A stretch of 18,294 nt of DNA from a bacterium (lineage in GTDB: Bacteria; Muiribacteriota; UBA6191): contig JAYZAC010000072.1 of assembly GCA_036339875.1 (NCBI GenBank), forward strand, positions 1-18,294, given 5' to 3'. Below the pieces are notes generated by a model. The model saw only the letters and a list, made by a program, of their open reading frames with translations, ran no database searches and was not told where the DNA came from. The number at the start of each line of letters is the position of its first letter. The stretch's first letter is position 1. Both the position numbers and the translations under genes were made by a program. This document shows positions 1 to 6,268 of this stretch, piece by piece.

Positions 1-1001
1 CCCATTTCTTGAACATGCTCTAAAAATTCAGGCTGAGCAATTTCACCTAAGACACAAGCTACAACGGCGCAAGCTAGAGGGTTACCGCCATATGTTGTTC
101 CATGTGTGCCGATGACCATAGCATCAGCAAACTGTTTCTTCGCAACAACAGCGCCAACAGGAAAGCCTGAGCCCATGCCCTTTGCTAGGCATGCAATATC
201 CGGTTCAATCAGTTTCATTTCTTTGTAAACAGGGTTTTTACCATTGTTACAGCTGTTTAAATTACAGCAAGAAAAGCTCTGGTAAGCGTAAAAAGTTCCA
301 ATGCGGCCTGACCCGCATTGTACTTCATCAAAAATAAGGGCCACTTTATGACGGTCACACAAATTGCGTAAGTGGCGTAAGAAGCAAGGTGATGCTGGGT
401 TTAGTCCGCCTTCACCTTGAACGGGTTCTATAATAACGGCGGCTGTCTTTTCGCTGAATAAATCCTCTATACCATCAAAGTCGTTAAAGTCTGCGAAATG
501 CACGTCTGGTATGTAGGGCTCAAAGAACGCCTGGCTTAAGCGTTTTTCAGTCACACTGGCTGAGCCGTAAGTGCGTCCATGGAAGCTGTTACGAAATGCA
601 ATGATTTCAGTCGCTTGTTCACCTTTGTTGTCGTAAGCCCATTTGCGTGCCATCTTCAAAGCGCACTCAACAGATTCTGTTCCACTGTTTGAGAAAAAAA
701 CTTTATCAAAGCAGCCATTATCAACAAGGATTTGTGCGGCTTCTAACTTTGGTTCTGTAACGTATGAGCCTTGGCATGCCATAAGCTTGCCAGCTTGTTC
801 GTTAATGACCTCCAGCATTTTTGGGTGTGCATGCCCCAAAGAGGCAACAGCAATGCCGGCTGCAAAATCTAGATACTTTTTACCATCAGTATCATAGGCG
901 TAAACACCCTCGCCGTGGTCAAGTATAACGGACTGCGCTTTGTAGGTTTCAAATGTTAAATCTACGGTCTTATCAATGATGGTTTGATTATCTTGACTCA
1001 C
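1..1001 (-). CDS. argD: Acetylornithine aminotransferase-family class III PLP aminotransferase (3' end beyond window)
   Basis: Absent from the ORF track because it is open-ended; translated by hand from GTG at 1001: MSQDNQTIIDKTVDLTFETYKAQSVILDHGEGVYAYDTDGKKYLDFAAGIAVASLGHAHP...FFSNSGTESVE...SFHGRT...EPVQGEGG...IFDEVQCG...LAKGMGSGFPVGA...HGTTYGGNPLA. Class III aminotransferase motifs intact, PLP Lys codon at 180-182; directly downstream of argB. Confidence 0.9.
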   Translation of the reverse strand, partial: MSQDNQTIIDKTVDLTFETYKAQSVILDHGEGVYAYDTDGKKYLDFAAGIAVASLGHAHPKMLEVINEQAGKLMACQGSYVTEPKLEAAQILVDNGCFDKVFFSNSGTESVECALKMARKWAYDNKGEQATEIIAFRNSFHGRTYGSASVTEKRLSQAFFEPYIPDVHFADFNDFDGIEDLFSEKTAAVIIEPVQGEGGLNPASPCFLRHLRNLCDRHKVALIFDEVQCGSGRIGTFYAYQSFSCCNLNSCNNGKNPVYKEMKLIEPDIACLAKGMGSGFPVGAVVAKKQFADAMVIGTHGTTYGGNPLACAVVACVLGEIAQPEFLEHVQEM

Positions 1002-1010
1002 GTAGCTCTC

Positions 1011-1901
1011 TTATTGTTCCATTGCTTCTTTAATGACTTTTTGGGCTTCAATTTCATTTAAATATGCTTGGCGATCACTTTCTTTAATCACCATTGTAGC
1101 TTGTCCGATTGAATCGTAAATCTCCGTCAGTAGGGCATCTTTGCGGAAGCCATCAAGTAAGTGAATGCGCTTAACACCGAGCTGTAAAGCACTCATACAG
1201 TTTTCTAATTTGACCTGCATACCCCCAGTAACTGTGCCATCTTCAATGAGCTTTGGAATATCGGCATCAGTTAAGTAAGGCACAGTTTTACCATCCACTA
1301 GAACACCATCAACATCGCTTAAGAAAATAAGCTTGCGCGCTTGCGTGCCAGTAGCCAAAGCTACAGCAACATTATCTGCATTAATATTGATGCCATCTTT
1401 GTCGGTACAGCTAAGACACGGCGTCGCCAAGAAATTAATGCCTTCAAAGATTTTGCGAATTTTCTCATGATCTACTGCTTCAATACGGCCATCATAACCG
1501 TAATCTTCAGGGTTTTCGCGTGGGCGCGGAACAATCTTAATCCAACTGGATGGGGTGCTGTTAAGCGTAATACCGTATAAACCAAGTTGTGACATAGTAG
1601 CGGAAACCTTAAAGCCCAAATCACCAACCATAATTTTTTTGATGATCTGCATTTCACGCGGGCCGGTAATCCGCCGTCCCTCTTGTTTGCGTGGTTCAAT
1701 ACCCGCTTCTATTAAGCCGCCATCAATGGCATGGCCACCGCCATATACAAGTAATATCTTCATGCCGCTATCGCAAAGCTCTTGGATGTTGCTCAGTAAC
1801 GACAGGCGCGCCTGATCATCTTCGATTGTGCGGCCGCCTGCTTTAACAACAAACAAGCTGCCCCGATATTTAGCCTGATAAAATTCCTTAATCGAACGCA
1901 T
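1011..1901 (-). CDS. argB: Acetylglutamate kinase (amino-acid kinase family)
   Basis: FVVKAGG, LVYGGG, GRRIT, NINAD, LIFLSDVDGV, TGGMQVKL and RIHLLDG motifs; AAGGA RBS upstream; lies between argC and argD. Confidence 0.9.
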   Translation of the reverse strand: MRSIKEFYQAKYRGSLFVVKAGGRTIEDDQARLSLLSNIQELCDSGMKILLVYGGGHAIDGGLIEAGIEPRKQEGRRITGPREMQIIKKIMVGDLGFKVSATMSQLGLYGITLNSTPSSWIKIVPRPRENPEDYGYDGRIEAVDHEKIRKIFEGINFLATPCLSCTDKDGININADNVAVALATGTQARKLIFLSDVDGVLVDGKTVPYLTDADIPKLIEDGTVTGGMQVKLENCMSALQLGVKRIHLLDGFRKDALLTEIYDSIGQATMVIKESDRQAYLNEIEAQKVIKEAMEQ

Positions 1902-1920
1902 AGCGTTTTATTCCTTATTC

Positions 1921-2916
1921 TTATGGCCAGACAGGCGTACTAATTTTTAGGCCTGTTGTTTCCTTTAAGCCAAACATTAAATTCATATTCTGGATTGCCG
2001 TTCCTGCAGCGCCGCGCAGCAAATTATCAATCGCACCTTGTACAATGATCGTGCCACCGCGCCCTTGTGTGAAGCTAAGGTCACAATAATTAGTGCTGAT
2101 AACGTCATTTAATGCAACTTTATCCCTTACCCGAACAAACGGTGCGTTTTCGTAAACCGATAAATTGGCTTGCGCTTTGGTTTGTATAAAGGCTGTTGCA
2201 AATATACCGCGCAAATATGGTCCAACAGTTGGTGTGAAATTAAATTTGTCTTCGGTGATTTGCGCCGTGCGGATTATTTCTGGTGTGTGACGGTGCTCAT
2301 TAACCTGATAGCTGCGCACGGTTCCTGATAGGGCAGGGTGATCAATTGGGTCACGTGGTTTGCGGCCGCCGCCACTTGTGCCTGTAAAAAGAGATACATC
2401 AGCATGGTCAATGTGAGCTGCAAACGGTAATAACATCAATTGAACAAGAAGCGCGTTACAGCCTGGGTTGGCAACATTATCTGCGCCTTTCAGTGCTTCT
2501 AAGTTCAACTCAGGCAAGCCGTATACAAAGTCACCGTTCAACAAGTCTGGCTTAAGATGTGGTGTTTTGTAATAAGCTTCGAACACAGACGCATCATCTA
2601 AACGAAAGTCAGCGGACATATCGATGATTTTCGTTTTGCCCAAAAATGTCTCGATAACTTCCTGGCTAGCCACATGCGGTAAACATAAAAAGACGATATC
2701 ACTATCTTCCGCAACTGTTTCATATGGCGTATTGGTAACGGCCAAATCACTTACATCATGCAAGCGCGGAAATATTTCTGCTACGGGCGTACTCTCATGT
2801 TGGCGGGATGTCAGAAAAGCAATTTCAACATTCGGGTGATATAAACAAAGGCGCAGTAGCTCTGAGCCTGTGTAGCCCGTCGCACCAACGATTGAAACTT
2901 TAAGTGTTTGATCCAT
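1921..2916 (-). CDS. argC: N-acetyl-gamma-glutamyl-phosphate reductase
   Basis: Rossmann motif IVGATGYTG, IDMSADFRL, VYGLPE, catalytic ANPGC, HRHTPEI, AIDNLLRGAAGTAIQNMN; AGGA RBS upstream. Confidence 0.92.
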   Translation of the reverse strand: MDQTLKVSIVGATGYTGSELLRLCLYHPNVEIAFLTSRQHESTPVAEIFPRLHDVSDLAVTNTPYETVAEDSDIVFLCLPHVASQEVIETFLGKTKIIDMSADFRLDDASVFEAYYKTPHLKPDLLNGDFVYGLPELNLEALKGADNVANPGCNALLVQLMLLPFAAHIDHADVSLFTGTSGGGRKPRDPIDHPALSGTVRSYQVNEHRHTPEIIRTAQITEDKFNFTPTVGPYLRGIFATAFIQTKAQANLSVYENAPFVRVRDKVALNDVISTNYCDLSFTQGRGGTIIVQGAIDNLLRGAAGTAIQNMNLMFGLKETTGLKISTPVWP

Positions 2917-3027
2917 AAATTTTAATATCCTATATCAGGGAGCATTACAAGCAGCGCAGGTCTGCAAGTCATAAGCTAGTTAAATTTTAAAAAGGAAAAT
3001 ATAGAGACTACCACAGGCTTACATATT

Positions 3028-3066
3028 TTAAGCGCGGCAGCGTCGGCGAATAATATGGCTGTTCAT
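3028..3066 (-). CDS. Candidate Arg-rich leader peptide (uORF) MNSHIIRRRCRA upstream of argC
   Basis: Minus strand reads ATG AAC AGC CAT ATT ATT CGC CGA CGC TGC CGC GCT TAA. The ATG overlaps the grxD TGA (ATGA); four Arg codons in five positions; stops 111 nt before the argC start. Confidence 0.4.
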   Translation of the reverse strand: MNSHIIRRRCRA

Positions 3067-3428
3067 CCGTTTAATACATCAGCCAATTCACCGTCTTCTT
3101 CCAGCTCATTAACAATATCACAACCACCAATGAACTTACCGCCCACATACAACTGGGGATACGTTGGCCAATTTGAAAATTCTTTCAAACCTTGCCTAAC
3201 TTCCATATCCTGTAAAATATCAAATGTTACATAATTTGCCTGATGTTGTTCTAGTAGACCGATTACATGAGCTGAAAAACCGCATTGAGGCATCAACCGG
3301 TTACCTTTCATAAACAACAAAACTTTATTTTCTTCGATCATAGAAGTTAATTCGTCTTGCAAGGTATCTCCATTGTCTCTACTTTTCGATTTTTTGATAT
3401 CTGAACTCAATAAACTTACTGTACTCAT
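3063..3428 (-). CDS. grxD: Monothiol glutaredoxin (Grx4 family)
   Basis: LFMKG...PQCGFS and SNWPTYPQLYVGGKFIGGCDI signatures; GAGGG RBS; adjacent to bolA. Confidence 0.96.
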   Translation of the reverse strand: MSTVSLLSSDIKKSKSRDNGDTLQDELTSMIEENKVLLFMKGNRLMPQCGFSAHVIGLLEQHQANYVTFDILQDMEVRQGLKEFSNWPTYPQLYVGGKFIGGCDIVNELEEDGELADVLNG

Positions 3429-3441
3429 AAAATCCCTCTTT

Positions 3442-3696
3442 CTAAGATAAACTTAATTTTTTCCACTTGTCAGGTGTGTATGTCTTCAAGGTTAGCGCAT
3501 GGATCTCATTAGATTTTATCCGATCTTGCAAAGGATCAAAAATTAACTTGTGTTGATCTATGCGAGATTTGTTTTCAAAATCTTGGGATACGACCATTAC
3601 TTTCCAATGATCTTGTGTTCCCGTCATATCCTCTATTTCAATTGCTTCAACAGCGACCAACCCTCTTATGATATCTTCTAATTCTTGCTGAGTCAC
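3442..3696 (-). CDS. bolA: BolA/IbaG family protein
   Basis: DHWKVMVVSQDFENKSRIDQHKLI...IHALTLKTYTP BolA signature; GTG start with AAGGGAG RBS; classic bolA-grxD pair. Confidence 0.93.
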   Translation of the reverse strand: MTQQELEDIIRGLVAVEAIEIEDMTGTQDHWKVMVVSQDFENKSRIDQHKLIFDPLQDRIKSNEIHALTLKTYTPDKWKKLSLS

Positions 3697-3750
3697 TGTA
3701 ACTCCCTTCTCTAACGCTTGTTAGCCCATAAATGACTGTTAAAATCACTC

Positions 3751-4467
3751 TTAATTATTCCCAAAAACAGACTCAACTGCACTGTTGAAACTACGAATTA
3801 TCTTTCTTGAAAGTGAATCCTCCAGAGACTTATTTCCATTCGACGATTCGTAACCACCAGTTTTGTCAATACGAAAACCAGACGCTCTTTGTGCTTCCGC
3901 TAGACTGTTTTGGAGAATAAAGTAAATCACATACACCAAAAAGTCCATTGAACCATTCAATTTAGCAGCCCTAGTTTTTAATTTATAACGCCTTATGGGA
4001 GATTTAAGCTCTTTTTGAATATATGTTTTTTTATTCGCTGTTCTTATGTCTTTTATTATCAACTTCTCAATCATGAGAGGAGTGGCTGATTTTGACATCA
4101 TCAAATTTGACTTGAAAAATTTTAAAAAAACCCTACCTGTGACATTTTTACGAGGCAACAAAATACCTTTGACTTCTGCAATATTAATTACCAGGTCGTC
4201 TTTTGAGAAAATGGATGGATCAAATTGAATTATTAATTCTTCTATCTTAAGAGTCTCAATTTTATTTTTGAATGAAATGTTAGATAAAGAAATACGTGAT
4301 CGATGAATTTGGAAATTGAATTTTTCTATACTAATTTTTGTGGTAGGCAAACTTATTCGCCTTAACGCGTCGGTGCATTTTTGATACATGAAAATCTGCA
4401 AACCAATGAAACTGGCACCAATAAAGACCGTTAAAAGTAGAATTAATATCCAAGTTCTTCTAGCCAT
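3751..4467 (-). CDS. Hypothetical N-terminally membrane-anchored protein, AsmA/DUF748-like N-terminus
   Basis: 238 aa ORF with basic N-terminus, hydrophobic helix (WILILLLTVFIGASFIGL) and alternating beta-strand pattern (KISIEKFNF, RISLSNISFKN, LKIEELIIQFDP, LVINIAEVKG) typical of AsmA-like proteins. Family assignment is inference. Confidence 0.6.
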   Translation of the reverse strand: MARRTWILILLLTVFIGASFIGLQIFMYQKCTDALRRISLPTTKISIEKFNFQIHRSRISLSNISFKNKIETLKIEELIIQFDPSIFSKDDLVINIAEVKGILLPRKNVTGRVFLKFFKSNLMMSKSATPLMIEKLIIKDIRTANKKTYIQKELKSPIRRYKLKTRAAKLNGSMDFLVYVIYFILQNSLAEAQRASGFRIDKTGGYESSNGNKSLEDSLSRKIIRSFNSAVESVFGNN

Positions 4468-4506
4468 TTATCAAAATATTAAACGAAAAGTTAGTTAATT
4501 ATAAGC

Positions 4507-5316
4507 TTATTTTTTGTCAGATAGACGCTTTCCTGAAGGTGGAATGACCGAAGTATAACCATCCATGAACTGTTTATGGGCCCGAAAAATACCCATAAGA
4601 AATCTGAGTTCATCTTTACTAGGCTTAAGTCTCCTCACAATCTTCTCCAGAACAGCAGAATGACTGTGACGCTCTTTCTTCTCATAATAACCAAAACTAA
4701 CTAAAAAATTACCAAGTTTATTCAAAAAGCTCATGATCTCATGTCCGTTAGCAGGTGAAATCTCCTCCCTAGGATGCCGTAGATTATGCTGTTCAAAAGA
4801 TCTAAACTCATAAAGAACCACTGCAACGGCGTGCGACAAATTCATTACGGGATAATCTCCTGAAATAGGGATACTTATCAAACGATCACAATGTACTAAT
4901 TCATCGTGATGAATACCGCGGGATTCGCGCCCAAATACAAGTAGTATTTTATTTTTATGAAAATTGATACGAGGTTCTGAAACAATCTCTTTAAGGGTCT
5001 CCACTCGTCGTTCTTTGCCCGTCTTACCCGTAGTTCCAATAACCCAATCAAAATCTAATGCAACCACATCGGATAATTTATCGAAGATTTTCGCTTCTTT
5101 TAGTAAATGTTGACCTTTACAAGCAAATTCATACTCTTCGCCATTTCTAGGTGCCTCAGGTGCAACCAAGTAAAGAGCGCTAACTTGAAAATTTCTTGCT
5201 AATCGTGCGATGGAACCTAAATTGACATCTCCACGTGTGCCCAATAAACAAATATGCAGATCCACGGTATTAGATTCACCCTCTATAATTTCTGGCGAAT
5301 ACTTTTTTGAATCCAT
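4507..5316 (-). CDS. trmJ: SPOUT RNA methyltransferase, TrmJ/LasT family
   Basis: NLGSIARLARNF, VIGTTGK, LLVFGRESRGI and SIPISGDYPVMNLSHAVAVVLYE motifs, plus a TrmJ-like helical C-terminal domain (ELRFLMGIFR). Confidence 0.85.
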   Translation of the reverse strand: MDSKKYSPEIIEGESNTVDLHICLLGTRGDVNLGSIARLARNFQVSALYLVAPEAPRNGEEYEFACKGQHLLKEAKIFDKLSDVVALDFDWVIGTTGKTGKERRVETLKEIVSEPRINFHKNKILLVFGRESRGIHHDELVHCDRLISIPISGDYPVMNLSHAVAVVLYEFRSFEQHNLRHPREEISPANGHEIMSFLNKLGNFLVSFGYYEKKERHSHSAVLEKIVRRLKPSKDELRFLMGIFRAHKQFMDGYTSVIPPSGKRLSDKK

Positions 5317-5319
5317 TAT

Positions 5320-5712
5320 TTATTGTTTATATTTATGAGGAATTGAAAGTGGAATTTTACGCAACTTAGGGATGAAAACACTGGACAAACTTGCTTTTGC
5401 AGTTAGAAATTCATTCACTGTTTGCGAATATTGAAGACTCTCTGTGTAAAAGTTGGTCGATACACTAGCCGCTACGGTAACCATAGGGTGAACAGAAGGA
5501 AAATAAACCGTATATGAGTCCTGCCCATCCGATTTCAAATTGACCACTTGTAGCTGAATTGCTTTCTTTTGAGTTACTTTGTCAAAGAGTGAAAAATTAC
5601 GCCAAAGTTTAGAAGATTTACTTTTAGAATACTGCCAGCCAGTTCTAGCAGACTCAATAAACTGAAACCCAGTAATGATTCCTAATATCAAGCCGACCAA
5701 TAAAAATCTCAT
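5320..5712 (-). CDS. Hypothetical exported or membrane-anchored protein
   Basis: 130 aa; GGAG RBS; hydrophobic N-terminus MRFLLVGLILGIITGF; stop 3 nt before the trmJ start. Confidence 0.65.
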   Translation of the reverse strand: MRFLLVGLILGIITGFQFIESARTGWQYSKSKSSKLWRNFSLFDKVTQKKAIQLQVVNLKSDGQDSYTVYFPSVHPMVTVAASVSTNFYTESLQYSQTVNEFLTAKASLSSVFIPKLRKIPLSIPHKYKQ

Positions 5713-5746
5713 GTCATCTCCACTATTGACGGTAACTTCTACCTTT

Positions 5747-5773
5747 CAATCGGAATTTGACTCGACCACTTTA
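5747..5773 (-). promoter_or_regulatory. Candidate sigma-28 (FliA/SigD)-type promoter
   Basis: Minus strand TAAA-gtggtcgagtcaaat(15 nt)-TCCGATTG versus consensus TAAA-N15-GCCGATAA; 34 nt upstream of the 5712 start. Confidence 0.4.
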
Positions 5774-5794
5774 ATGCTGTTCTGCTTAAAAGCT

Positions 5795-6166
5795 TCAATC
5801 AGACTTTACAAGTTGTACCTCTAGAATCGGTAGAATATCTATGGGAACTTCTTCGTATGGGTGAGCCTGCTTGATGGCATCGACAACATCAACGACTAAA
5901 TCTGCGTGACATTCAAACTCAATTCGACTTTCCTCAACTGCCTCTGGCTGACCAACAACACCAATCGTTGGATTAGCGCCGTCCTGAGGCAAAAAATAAC
6001 CAGTCCCCTCAGTAACGAAACAACAGTGGGTATAATTTCCGATCTGTCCGCCTCCAGCATTACCAATCGCTCGTCTCACCTCTACAACATCGTCTTTGGG
6101 ACAATAAACCCATATTTTTACGCGCGATCCAAAACCTAACTCATAATTTGCTTGATTCGGTGACAT
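5795..6166 (-). CDS. Stand-alone YqfO/NIF3 PII-like domain protein
   Basis: AGGGQIGNYTHCCF...GTGYFLPQDGANPTIG...EESRIE...AIKQAHPYEEVPIDI matches the PII-like insertion domain of YqfO/NIF3. Start reassigned from 6226 to the ATG at 6166, which follows a GGAGGT RBS. Confidence 0.85.
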   Translation of the reverse strand: MSPNQANYELGFGSRVKIWVYCPKDDVVEVRRAIGNAGGGQIGNYTHCCFVTEGTGYFLPQDGANPTIGVVGQPEAVEESRIEFECHADLVVDVVDAIKQAHPYEEVPIDILPILEVQLVKSD

Positions 6167-6208
6167 GAATACCTCCAATACAATCTGGATGATGTTACAA
6201 GTAATCGA

Positions 6209-6241
6209 AGCATAGCAGGAGGACATTTCAAATGCTATACT
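6209..6241. promoter_or_regulatory. Overlapping divergent extended -10 promoters forming an imperfect inverted repeat
   Basis: AGCATAGCA-N15-TGCTATACT. Plus arm TG-C-TATACT faces the protease; minus arm TG-C-TATGCT faces the YqfO-like gene. Confidence 0.5.
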
Positions 6242-6268
6242 CCCTACGTTTCATTGGTTGGAGGAACA

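Noticed and set aside
643..2839. Short ORF-track entries 643-897, 1341-1580, 1472-1699, 1555-1815 and 2624-2839
   Set aside because: Antisense or off-frame shadows inside argD, argB and argC with no recognisable motifs.
1..2916. Calling the cluster lysY-lysZ-lysJ (LysW pathway)
   Set aside because: The kinase has ArgB-type NINAD and GGM motifs and no lysW or lysX is visible; only the reductase shows LysY-like residues.
2976..3062. In-frame 28-codon continuation after the grxD TGA (possible read-through or selenocysteine)
   Set aside because: GrxD is already complete at the TGA, no SECIS-like hairpin is evident, and other genes here use TGA as a normal stop.
2917..3062. ArgR ARG box or strong sigma-70 promoter for argC
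   Set aside because: No TGAAT-N4-ATTCA-like palindrome. The best promoter match (ATGACT-N17-TGTAAT, 2944-2972 minus) lacks the conserved -11 A and is too weak to call.
6167..6268. ORF-track starts at 6226 (minus) and 6254 (plus)
   Set aside because: Downstream ATGs at 6166 and 6269 have strong GGAGG RBSs, and the longer starts intrude on the shared promoter region.
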